Assembly: GCA_028534125.1 (NCBI GenBank)
Contig: CM052816.1
Coordinates: 47,556,001 to 47,620,000, forward strand
Direction: 5' to 3'
Source of the DNA: Lama glama
Lineage: Eukaryota
Length of the DNA: 64,000 bases
Made by a program: the position numbers and the translations under genes. The notes under the pieces are model-generated. The model was not told the origin of the DNA, did not search any database, and saw nothing but the letters and a program-made list of their open reading frames with translations. The first letter of the stretch is position 1, and each line of letters starts with the position of its first letter. Of this stretch, positions 1-11,200 are shown in pieces.

Positions 1-71
1 TCTAAAGTGTCATTTCCTCTCTGGAAGAAAGGAAGCACAAAACATGCTAGGTGTGTGCTCTACATTTTCAC

Positions 72-189
72 TCAGTAGCAGCTCTAGCTATAAATTTCTC
101 CCGATCTCTGTAGCTCAGTCTTTTTTTCTCAACCCCCTCCAAATCCTGGATCAATACCTTTCTTTTAAAGTTAAGATGCAGGCTTTTTA
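72..189 (-). pseudogene. Exon-like segment KSLHLNFKRKVLIQDLEGVEKKRLSYRDREKFIARAAT
   Basis: Acceptor ttttattttcatatgtgtcatccag; open frame; weak donor GA|gtgaaa; following intron would be only 51 nt. Confidence 0.35.
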
Positions 190-723
190 CTGGATGACAC
201 ATATGAAAATAAAATAAAGCTGGGAATCTAAAAGAATTATCTTCTCTCCTCCCTCATCGCCTTTAATCTATTGCTTCCCACTAGATTATGTTCTGTAAAT
301 AATTTTGAGGTGGTGGTGGTGGTAGGAGATTCTTCTTTAGAAAAATCACAATTACATATTTTGCAAATGATAATGAGAACAATCAATTGCTTTTTATTTA
401 GTTCATTTTAAATTATAGCTTACTTTAATTAAGGACTTTTTTTATGTTAATTTTTTTAACAAACAAAAAAAAAAAGGAAATGGGCAGGTCCAAATGTGGT
501 ACGTAATGTGTTTCCCTGGGATGTAAATGACAAAATAAAAGATACTAGATTCTGTTATAGTAAATGCTGAGGATATATTTTACTTCTCCTCCCGCATCAT
601 ACTTCTCTCCCTGCAAAACAAACCCTTCAGTATTTTAAAAAACAGAAACAATTTTATACAATAACATGAGATTTTTGGCTCAGACTGATATTTTGAACTT
701 TGTTTATAAAGACTCAGAGTCAC

Positions 724-806
724 CTTTGAGTAGATGAGGGAGAAGCAAAGGTTAGAAAGGTGGACAGGACCCCTTCTCAGTTTAATAGTTCATCTGTAAA
801 TGTGTC
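724..806 (-). pseudogene. Exon-like segment DTFTDELLN*EGVLSTF..., 83 nt
   Basis: Strong acceptor ttcgtttttttcctctttgtccag; donor AAAG|gtgact; starts in phase 0 after an 84-nt intron from 891-1037; one TGA. Confidence 0.55.
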
Positions 807-890
807 CTGGACAAAGAGGAAAAAAACGAAGTTTCCAAAGCCAGATTCTTCACGTATTTTCCCCCCTCGTCCTCCCCAAACTCTGCATAC

Positions 891-1037
891 CTTGTAGGGT
901 TCAGCTGAGGCCCCACTGTCTCCTAAGAAGAACCAAGTGATGACCCCCTTCTCTGAGGTCTCCGTTCTATCATGTTGTTTCAGCATTTCATTAGATGCCG
1001 TTTCCTGATGACTTGCTCTCTGACAAGATTGCAAACC
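891..1037 (-). pseudogene. Exon-like segment GLQSCQRASHQETASNEMLKQHDRTETSEKGVITWFFLGDSGASAEPYK, 147 nt
   Basis: Acceptor ttttccctcaactcctccccag; donor CAAG|gtatgc; 49 open codons; phase 0-0. Confidence 0.6.
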
Positions 1038-1695
1038 CTGGGGAGGAGTTGAGGGAAAATAATTTCATAGGATTCTTTTGTATTTTCTATCCTTAAAGCA
1101 AATATTTTGCTAAGTTAAATTCAGTATCAAGTCTTGACTGTTCCTGGGTTTTAGATTCAGACACTTAGGCAGGGAGCAGCTAAGAAACATGCCTCTGGTC
1201 ATGGCAGAAGGGAAATCAACTTTTAGTTGTGTTCACCAAGTTCAAGAAATCATGTCACGTGTTTTATATATGAACAATAGTCTGTTCCTTGGTAAAATTT
1301 ACTCTTAAATAACAGATTATATTTTTCAAAAACAATAATAGTTGAAAGAGAGAACATAATGTCTTTAATAATTCTGTTTGATTGTTATGGCTCTGTCAGT
1401 ATTCTTGCTTCCTGAGCAATGTTCATGGGCCTCTGGGGAATTACTAAGGAAGTGAAGAGCTAATTTTATAAAGATTACAGTCAAATAGGGTGATAAATAC
1501 ATGTAAACACAAATGACACAAACAATTAAAATTTGTGTCTCAATATCAATTAAGACTGTTAATACTATATCATTCCAATGAATTTATCAAATATAATATA
1601 CAAAATTTCCAAGTAGTTTGGAAGGCTAAAAAAATGATCATTGGATTTGTGTTCTAGGAAAAAGAGTATGGGTGAATAATTTGACTCAGTTTTAC

Positions 1696-1908
1696 CTGAG
1701 GAGGACAAATATTGAAGGATCTGACTTTTTCCATGAAGTCAGTTTTTTAAAGCCTCAAATTTGTGCACTTGGACTGTCTCCGCTCAGTCTCAATGATGGA
1801 GTTCCTTCTTCTTCTAAATAGACTTTCTCTGGACAAGAAACTCCCTTTCAGAATGTCATTCTATTCAGCCGTCCTTTGCCTAATTCTCCTTGTTCTCCCT
1901 TTAACTGC
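1696..1908 (-). pseudogene. Exon-like segment AVKGRTRRIRQRTAE*...RRRRNSIIE...KVRSFNICPPQ, 213 nt
   Basis: Long pyrimidine tract ttcttcttatttctccatttcatttttcacaccaag; donor CAG|gtaaaa; phase 0-0; two stops. Confidence 0.55.
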
Positions 1909-2239
1909 CTTGGTGTGAAAAATGAAATGGAGAAATAAGAAGAAATTCATTTGCACAATGTGAGGGCCCCCAAAGTTTGAATTCCACAAGTGAAAAAATA
2001 GAGAGTTTATGCAAACAACTAGAAATTGCCTCAATTCTCTTATCCTCTTTTTGTGCCTACACAGTTTACACTGCTTGGCATTCTCTTATGAGAGAGATTT
2101 TCCCTTAGAATCAATGCAGAGGAAAATAAATGACAAACAACAAAAATCCATCAACCAAGAGCACCTACTTCCTTGTGAAGCAGTAATACTGTTATCAAAT
2201 CATAATAGTAAATTCTTAAGAGATACCATGTTCAGAGCA

Positions 2240-2430
2240 TGATTTTAAGCCCTTTACATAATCTAAATCATTTAATCCTCAAGAGTTTTATAAATTAGAT
2301 ACAATTATTTACCTTATTTTACAGATGAGAAAATTCAGGCGTAGAAGGGTATGCAAAATTATACAGCTAGGAAGTAGTGGATCTCTCAAGACCAGAAAAT
2401 CTTGCTAAAGTCTCCAAAGTGTTAATCTTT
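2240..2430 (-). mobile_element. MIR SINE fragment
   Basis: MIR core-like tcatttaatcctc...attttacagatgagaaaattcaggc. Confidence 0.7.
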
Positions 2431-2704
2431 TCATTTCTATGCCATATGACCTTTCGAGAAATATTTTTATTCTCAATTATCACAATAAAGTTGTATCAGT
2501 AAAAATCTCTTAAAATTGTAATATTCCAAAATCCTGTCTTCATAATTCAAATTCCCATTCATTTAATCTTTCAAAGCATGAAATTGAATCTTCTCTTGGG
2601 GAGAAAAAGCCCTTTCTGAAAGACTTCAAAATTGGAAACATTACTTTTAATGTCAGCAATGATTTAGAAGACCTGGGGTGATTTTTTAAACATATCTGGA
2701 CATA

Positions 2705-3190
2705 TGTTTATTCATTTTGTCAGTTTGTTAGAAATATTGCACGCTTGCTAAGTGCCAGCACTGTTTTTGGCTCTGAGGATTCAGCAGTGAACAAAGAAAG
2801 AAGCCCGTGCCCTCCTGAGACTCATGATTTAGCAACAAGAGAAACAATAGAATGGAATCAAATAGAATAGAATAGAAGAGAACAGAAGACAATTGAAGGG
2901 AAATGATAAGAAGTAAAGAAAAATTAATCAGGGATTAAAAAAATACATAGAAAAAAAGGAAAGAGAGCTGCTCTTTTATTCGTCCAGAAAAGGTCTTTTT
3001 GGTAAAGTGATATTTGGGCCGAGACTCAAATAGAGTGAAGGAGGGAGCTCAGAGGTGGGGATCAGCAACAGGTGCTGGTGGCTTATTCCAGGATAGCAGG
3101 AGATGACGTGGGAGAAGAGCTTTTTAAAGTTGTAAACTACAAGATTTATGTTGTATTAGATGTGAGATGTGAGAAAAATAGAGGATGAAA
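2705..3190 (-). mobile_element. L2 LINE 3' fragment
   Basis: ttattcatt...aaatattgcacgcttgctaagtgccagcactgtt...cagcagtgaacaaag resembles the L2 3' end. Confidence 0.6.
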
Positions 3191-3680
3191 AGTGTCTCTA
3201 TTCTATTACAAAATGAAATAGAAAGTTTTATGCTTAGATAGGAACTTGCCTGCAGGTAAAAACAAAATATTTGAAATTAGTTAAATGTTGTTAAACAGAC
3301 TATCTAATGTGTTAGATGCTCAATTTAAAACAATTATTGGCCAGGTAATGACTTCTTCATGCCAGTAAGTTTTTGAGTTATCCAACTACGTACTGAAGAT
3401 GCAACTTGATGAGCTAGCATAGTTCTCTAATTTAGAAACAACAGTCCTCCTTGAAACAATCTCTTTTTTCACCTGTCGAATTGCAGATCCTCTCTCCTTT
3501 TGTCCTACTTCTTAAGCCATTATATCTTAGTTCTTTTTAGGCTTCTCTTTGGTACTTCTTAACTCTCAGTTCTTTCTTTGTGTTTTGTTCCAAGCTCTCT
3601 TTTTATGTCCACCTGTCACTCTACTTGGACAAACTCCAACAGTATGATCTAAACTCTGATGTCATCACATTCTCTGGTCC

Positions 3681-3992
3681 TTCACTGTTCAGTATGGTAG
3701 CCACTAGCTATGCATGGCTTTTGAGCGCTTGAAATGTGGCCAGTCCAAATTAAGATATGCCTCACATAAAATACATATTGACTTCTGAAGATGTATACTG
3801 AGAAAAGAACATAAAATATCTTGATAATTTTTATATTGGTTACATGTTGAAATGGTTATTTTTTTATATCCTGGATAAATAAAATTATTATTCAAAATGA
3901 TCACATGTTTCTTTTACTTTTTTAGTGTGGCTACTATAATTTAAAAGTTAGAGATGTGCTTCTGATTGTATTTTTGTTGGATAGTGTTGCTC
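3681..3992. mobile_element. hAT-Charlie non-autonomous DNA transposon (MER33-like)
   Basis: ctgttcagtatggtagccactagc...ttgaaatgtggccagtcc...gtggctact...ttggatagtgttg follows the recalled MER33 consensus over about 310 bp. Confidence 0.8.
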
Positions 3993-4181
3993 TAGCCATT
4001 GATCTCTTAAGCATCAGACTTAGCCCAGAGTCTGGAACATAATGTGTTAATAAATATGTATTGAATAAATAAATAATATGTGTATAAAACAAAAACCTCT
4101 AACAGACTAGCATAAATCTCAAAACAATTTTGCAGGTGGTAAGCAAAATTTTCTCAAGAGATATTAAGAACAACATGCTTA

Positions 4182-4330
4182 GGGAAGGAGGGTATAGCTC
4201 AGTGGTAGAGTGTGTGCTTAGCATGCAGGAGGTCCTGGGTTCAATCCCCAGTACCTCTATTAAAAAACAAATTAAAAAACCTAATTACCTTCCTCCCTCC
4301 CCTCCTCAAAACCCCCAAAACAAATAAACC
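4182..4330 (+). mobile_element. tRNA-derived SINE (camelid Vic-1-like) with 16-bp TSD
   Basis: Pol III A box (tagctcagtggt) and B box (ggttcaatccc), A-rich tail; TSD aagaacaac(a/g)tgctta at 4166-4181 and 4331-4346. Confidence 0.92.
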
Positions 4331-4399
4331 AAGAACAACGTGCTTATATAGAGACAACCACAATGGTTTTGAAGGGGAGGAAGTTTTCTAAAAAGTCAA

Positions 4400-5400
4400 C
4401 TGTCTCTAAAGTGACCTATGTATTAAGGAAACTACTGTCAAAATCCTTACTATTTTTGTTTAGAATGCAATAAAATGATCTTAAAATTAACTAGAAAAAT
4501 AAACATGGGATAATGAGAAAGATTTGAAACAGAAGAGCAATTATAAAGGGAGGTAACTAATTAACTTTTAAACAAATTATAAAGTTTCAAAAATTAAAAC
4601 CATATGAAGTTTGTACCAAAACAGAGAAATCGATGAAACAGAACAAAAAGTTTAGATACAGACAAAGCTACAAATAAGAATTTAGTGTAAAATAAAAATG
4701 GCATTTAAAATCAGTGAGGAAAACATACACGTTTGATAAAAAGTGTTGTGGCATCCAGTTAACCACTTGGCAAGAATAAATTTAGAGCCCTAATCCACAC
4801 CTTAAAGTAGAATTAAATTTCCAAATGGATTAAGTATAAGCACAAATAATGAAATTTAAAAGTGCTAGTAGAAAATATGGTACATATGTGAAGAAATTCT
4901 TTCAATCAAAACTCCAGGCAAAATGGAAAAATCTAATTAAAGAAGTATTTTAAGACATTAGCAATGTCTTTTTATACACAGAAATATTACAAGTTGGTAA
5001 TAAGAAGAACATATATCAGGCAGGAAAAGTGAGTAAAGGATATGAACAGCCAAGGTACAAAAATCAAACGTATATAGAATTCTGCTCAGTCATTACAAAC
5101 AATGGAGTTCACCTGTATTGATCAATATGTAACATGTTAATGATATATTGCTCAACACTAAAGATAGTTTGCAAAAATATATATGGTCCCACTTTAAAGA
5201 TACATATATTTCATCTCTACACATTGAAAATAAACTAGAAAAAATATTCTCCAAAATGCTACTGGTGGTTATATGCTAATAGCAGTAACACTAATAGTGG
5301 AAATATGGCTAATAGTGCTAATGGTGGCAGGATTATGAGTAATTTTTTCTTCTTAGATTTTGTTATTTGCTTCTATTTTTTCTACATTAACATGAATACT
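4400..5400 (+). mobile_element. Old L1 (L1M/L1ME-type) ORF2 and 3' fragments
   Basis: Degenerate L1 motifs such as tcttaaaattaactagaaaaataaa, aaatggattaag, ggtggcaggattatgagtaatttt. Confidence 0.6.
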
Positions 5401-5580
5401 TTAAATAATTTTAAGACACAAAAAATCAAATACATATCTTGAAATATCATGATTTATGGCAACACAAGGGTCATGTTTACATTGTAAGAGCACATCTCTG
5501 CTACATTTCTTTCTGCCTTCCGATTCAGTGAAGCCTTGGGTCCACGGTCTCCACAACAGCACATCTAAACAGGCGCTTAC

Positions 5581-5792
5581 ATAGGTGCCCACTGACTTCC
5601 AGCTCAACTGCGCAGAAGGCAAGCTCGGCCAGGCTTGCCCTCAGGAACATATGGTGATGTTGGTAATGTCCCACACTGGGTGCCTGAGCTCCCAGGAGAG
5701 ACCGTTTTCCTTAATTCCTTACAAGAAATCCTGTCTGCTCTTGTTACAGCCTGGTCCACCTTTCTCTGGGAGGCAAGACTGCCTTCAAGTTC
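5581..5792 (-). pseudogene. Exon-like segment starting ELEGSLASQRKVDQAV..., probably frameshifted, 212 nt
   Basis: Acceptor ctcttgctgtttttaataaaaag; donor TAT|gtaagc; higher GC than flanks. Confidence 0.45.
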
Positions 5793-6541
5793 CTTTTTAT
5801 TAAAAACAGCAAGAGTTTTGCTCATTTGAATAGACATTTATTTAGTTTCCAAAGAACTTTGTGAGCTATACTGGGGGATTTCATCTTCTTTCTTCTCACA
5901 TGTTAGCAAAATAAGGTTCAGAGAATTTACATGATTTTTCCAAGGCAGAAGCATAAGGATTCAAACTCAGCTACTTCTCTTTCAAACTTGAGGCTCTATT
6001 TTATTTTCTCACATGGCTTTTCCCACCTGTCACTGAAGGCCGTAGCCTTTAAACAAGTAACAAGAAGAGAAAACCGAAACACTTTTGATTATAAAAGGTG
6101 ATTGATACAAAATTATAAATGATTCCTTCACAATATTTTTTTTACAACTTTTGTTTTTATTTTACAGTAAGAAACAGTACAAAGGAAAAAAGGAAAGGAT
6201 TATTTAAAATTCCCCAAACAGATAATTTTCTGAAAGCTACTTCTTGCCAAAGAAGACTTTTTTTTTTTCAATTACTGGTAAAATAAAACCGGAATAAATA
6301 CTGTGTGAAATCTACTGATTTATATGTATTACAGATGGTATAGTAAAAAGAAAACATTAAATTATAAGCAAATATGTATGAGACAGTGCTGCAAAGTGTA
6401 CCACTCATCTAATTCATCTAGTATTCTTCAAATGTAATGAAAATCATCATTGTATTTTTTTTAAAGTGGTATGGCTTGTCTCTTAAAAGCTACAAGAAAG
6501 GTGGAAAATGATCTAAAATATCTGTTTAAAAAGAGGTTTAC

Positions 6542-6799
6542 TGCTAAATCTTTTATAAAAGCATAATAGCATAATTTGGTGTGATAGTTTTCTAATTCTG
6601 AATGAGCCTTCTAGAACATTAACATCCAACCATGCAGCAGCGTCATGGCCTATGAACATCATTGTCAAAATGCCCAATCAATTTGCTTGTATTGTGAATC
6701 ATGCCCTATTTCTATTGTTTTCCTGCATATCAACATTCAATTAATAGACTCAAAGTCTCTGTTATGTATGTTAACCTAAAGTTCCTCCGTATACAATCT
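6542..6799 (-). pseudogene. Exon-like segment RLYTEEL*...LLHGWMLMF*KAHSELENYHTKL..., 258 nt
   Basis: Acceptor ctgttcggctgtttctacag; donor GCA|gtaaac; phase 0-0; but six stops, which is about the background rate. Confidence 0.3.
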
Positions 6800-7329
6800 C
6801 TGTAGAAACAGCCGAACAGGCGTGTGTATCAATCATGTTTGAAACCCAACAGTGCACTCTCTGGGTCAATACCAAATGAAGATTTTTCTAGTAGATAATA
6901 TAACTTTTCATTACTAATTTGATCTGGTATGTGCTCTTGGAAATAGTCACATTTCTTTTTCTTGATTGATTCTTAAATTAGTTGTCAATGCAAGGTGTCT
7001 AGTTACTCTTCTCAGGTCCTCCGGCAATGGGCTTGGTCAAGAACTTGCTGAAATGCTGATCAATTTTACGTTATTTCACTTCTTCATGTTTACAAAAGTT
7101 TATTGACATACAAACCCTGGATTTCTGTATACTTTTGAAAAATGAGTTATAAACATTTGTTCTCATTAAAATAATGTTTTAGAAAATTTGAAAAAGAACA
7201 AATCACACTGTCACCACAGTAACACAGCCATTTGTGTTTATTGTCTTCTAGTCTTTTAATTAAAGAATCTTTACAAAGAATTTTGTATTTTTTAAAAAAG
7301 TGTCAGTCTCTTTCCCCTCTTTGGCCCTT

Positions 7330-8200
7330 AGGTATGCATAATTGCACGAGTCATAATCCTTGGTTCAGGACAACATTCTATTAGTGATTCAAGCATGTAC
7401 TTATTTGTAATACAATAAAGTCCCCACAAATTCACCACCGTCCCCCACAAAGCTATGAGTTTGACAATAACCTACGTCAAATACAGTGTCACCCATTCCT
7501 CCCTCTCTGCTTTCTCTCCACCAAAGTTAGCAGCCATTCAAAATTCCATTTCTATCATTCCTTTACTGCACATATATGAAATATGTACTATATTACATAT
7601 ACTACAAATACATGCATTTCTTGTGTATATATAAATACACATATATATACACACACACATATACAAATTGTAAATTGTATTTTATGTGATCCTAAAACGT
7701 ATGTGTATGTTTTATTTCCAACTTTATAAAAAGTTTCATATACCACATGTCATCTTTTGGAATCTACTTTTTAAATTTAATAATCTTGTAACTGAAACCT
7801 CTTTATAATATTATCTATCATGCTATGTCATCTATTATGACTTCGTAGAATAAAACACTGAATGTGCCACACTTTTTCATTTGGTCTCACTTGGATGGGC
7901 GTTGGGTTGCTTTCACTGCAGCCTTTATAACTGTCAGTGCTAGTAGTTTCAGTAGTTTCATGATACTGCACCGGTTTCCTTAATCAGTTCTCTATTTATT
8001 TAGTGGTGTCAAAAACTGCTCAATTGATTGAGATTGCAGTGAGCACATTTGTACTAATAGATTTTCTACACTTTAACCATACCTTGGATAACTAGAAATG
8101 GAATGATTGGGTCAAAAAATCTGAACATAATAGATACTTCTAATTTGAATTCTGAAGGATAACTCCATCAGTAATTGTATAATTACTACATCTCCATAGG
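7330..8200 (-). mobile_element. Old L1ME-type 3' fragment containing a TA/CA microsatellite
   Basis: ccttggataactagaaatggaatgattgggtcaaa and ggatgggcgttgggttgctttc resemble old L1 3' regions. Confidence 0.55.
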
Positions 8201-11200
8201 CACTGTCTTACCCGTTTTTTGTTGTTAATTTAAGAAATAGTTACGTTTTGTTTAAACCCCACTGACTTCAATTAATCAATTTTGACATATTATAGGACTT
8301 CAAATCTGGAATCTTGTCTGCTGATCTAGTAATTTTTAACTTAGTGGCCACAAAGGTAAGGCACTAGGAGTGAAGTAATGGCTCATAACCTGGTTTGAAA
8401 GTGTAGTTTGAAATTCTGAATAAAATATATTGTCAGTGAGTCTTGTTTATTTAGAGTGATTCTCAACTTGCGAATAATGAAGCTGAAACTCAAAGAAAAT
8501 GAGTAACTTTTCTACAACTATGTAGTTAATTTTCCGTCACACTATATTGTTACCCAACTGGTCAAATATAGAACAAACGATTACAAATTTTCATTTCATT
8601 TTTGTTTTGAATGATTTCTTCTCTCAATTCTTAGAGGATTTATAATCCTGGCCTTATAAAATAGTACTTGAACACGCATCTGTGGTTCTTTTTGTTTTTC
8701 ACGCGGAACGGTCTTTCCTTGCTGATTCTTCTCACTTGATGAATTAACTCCTCACGATACAGGGCACGGTGCTACGCCTAGAGTGGTTTGTTAATACAGA
8801 CGTGCTAAGTTTACCTATCAGATTTATGGTCTTTCTACATTGGAAATAATTCCTTACCATGCCTTTAAATCGAAGTATTATTAATTACATAGTTTTGGTA
8901 TCTCACTTTCAACACACCCTTTATCATATTCCCTATGTTCAGCAATATTAATGACATCTAGCTGCCATTTGCATCACATTGTGGCTTAACGTGCATGGCT
9001 GTGCTTGTATAATATACATACATTTTTTCATGACCCAGAAATGATCCATCACTTGACCAATGAAAACAGTAATAGGGACATTTTTTTCCCCACGCTCACA
9101 CAAGATGAGAACACTAGCCAGGCACACACACAGCCGTTCTCAGTGACCACAGCCACAGGCAACCATTGTTCAGCGTGATTCATCCCTAATAAGGCAAACA
9201 CATATTTAATATTTGGTCTTAGTGACTAAAGTCAGCAATTTTACCCATCATAACTGTGAGTTCCCACCCTCTTTCTCCACGCCTGCAATCTGCATCTGAA
9301 TTGCCTGATGATTATTCTGCTGGGTTCATTTTGCCCACTCTTATAAACAGTTGTCAATCTTTGCAACCCTGCGCACAATGACCCCTGGGTGGGTCATTTC
9401 ATTGCATGTCCATATACTGGGCAAGTTTGTAAAACAAATCCACTTTTTTGCTTTGGTCGTATTCCTCCTGACCTCAGCCAGGAATAATTAGTTTTCCCTC
9501 GGTTTTATTAGATAGGAGTATGTCCATACATGCCCTAGTCTCCTTTTTTTCTCCTTCTGATAGAGCAATTTCTTTGGCTATAGAAAGATGAATTTCACAG
9601 ATTCATCAGATAAAAGATTCTCAGCCCCTTTTGCAGTATCTGACTACAGCACCAACATTTAGTTAGTAAAACCCTTTCCTATATTAAATGCATTTCTTCT
9701 TTGCAACCCTGACAGTCTGTGCATCCCAGGAACATGGGTTGATTTTATGTCCACAAAAAGTGGACGATGAGCCCTTTAAGATGTTCTTCTCAGTGATAAG
9801 CGTAGTCTGCATTAAAACACATAGCACATTTTCTCAAGGACTTGTCTATATTTTACAAACAAGGACTGGGGGTATTTGATAGGTGTGGAATATGACTCAG
9901 AGAAAGCTGAAATAACCAACCTGGGGTCAAACAGGCAGTCCCTGGCCAATTTTGCTCAGAACCTTGACTTTTTAACTCTGTCTTTTGCTTTAATGTTATG
10001 TAGAATTTTTTCTTTTTTCATGCAGTTAGGAAATAAGAGCTTTAATAGGCATTTGAGAATGAATCGTTACCTCTTACTCATCTTGATATGTAAACCCTTG
10101 ACTGTCAATGCTTAGCAAGAGAATATCAAGGAAGGAAATTCAGTTATATTGAAACACAATTTATAAACACCGCAAGAACTACAGATGCTTTAAACTGTTA
10201 AGTCTTGGTAGCAGTAAACTTCTTAATGGATTATGAGAGTTTAAATGTTAATTTTGAAATTAATTGTTTGCATCTTAAAACATTTCCCATTGAAATTTTG
10301 TATATCTGCTGATTATGTTCTTCAGAAAGAAGAAAAAAAGAGCCTATTTAATGCATAAGAGATCTGAACAATTGTAATAACAGTACTATTTCAACTATAC
10401 CTCACATTGTTTCTATTGGAGAAAACATTTCAGGCTCCAGACTGTCACACCAGGACCACTTCAAAAGCAGATGTGACTCTGATGGTAGCAGCAGATGCGT
10501 AGGGAATAGGCCAAGTGACAGAAAAGCTACAGAAGGTAGCAGTTTTCAAAACCAGTATCCTGACTCTGTAGTTCTCCAGGATAAGCAATATTTTTCTGTC
10601 TGCTTAATGGATGTCAGACAGTCCCCAGTTTCTCTGAATTGAAAAAGAAGAAGTTACTCTCCAGCAAGTGGAGGTCTGAATGAAGACCATCACTCATTCC
10701 AATACAGACTGGCGTTGTGTGCACGAGAGAAGCCTCTTTGCAAGGGAGGGGACAGACCCAGTGGAACACACCAGAAGGAAGCGTAATTGAGAAGGGATGA
10801 AACATATGTCTGGTTAAGTCTGGATAAGGAGTATCTTAGTTTGTAGAAACCATACCACTCCTAGTCATAGTGAGAAGGAAAAAATACTGAATGACGACCC
10901 ACACTCAAGCCAGGCTCTTAGTACTTAACTGGGAAGAACTGCTTTGATCCCTGGTTGCCACACCTCTGAAAGGAGGATATTAAATTCAATGACTCCAAAA
11001 TGCCTTTTCAGCTTTAAAATGCTATCTTGGGCCCCCAGCACACAGAAACTGTACAGTTCTAGGGATGAGGTAAGCAAGAACCTGGCAGGGGACTGGTTGG
11101 AAAATGAGGGCCTGAGAGGAAAGCGACCGGGGAACTGGGCCAGAGCCCAGTGGAATGAAACAGAGCCCAAAGCGGGACTCGGAACTGAGGCAAAGGCCGC

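Noticed and set aside
4186..4258. tRNA gene (A/B boxes, cloverleaf-like)
   Set aside because: It has an A-rich tail, a TSD and a second dispersed copy at 57740-57836, so it is a SINE head.
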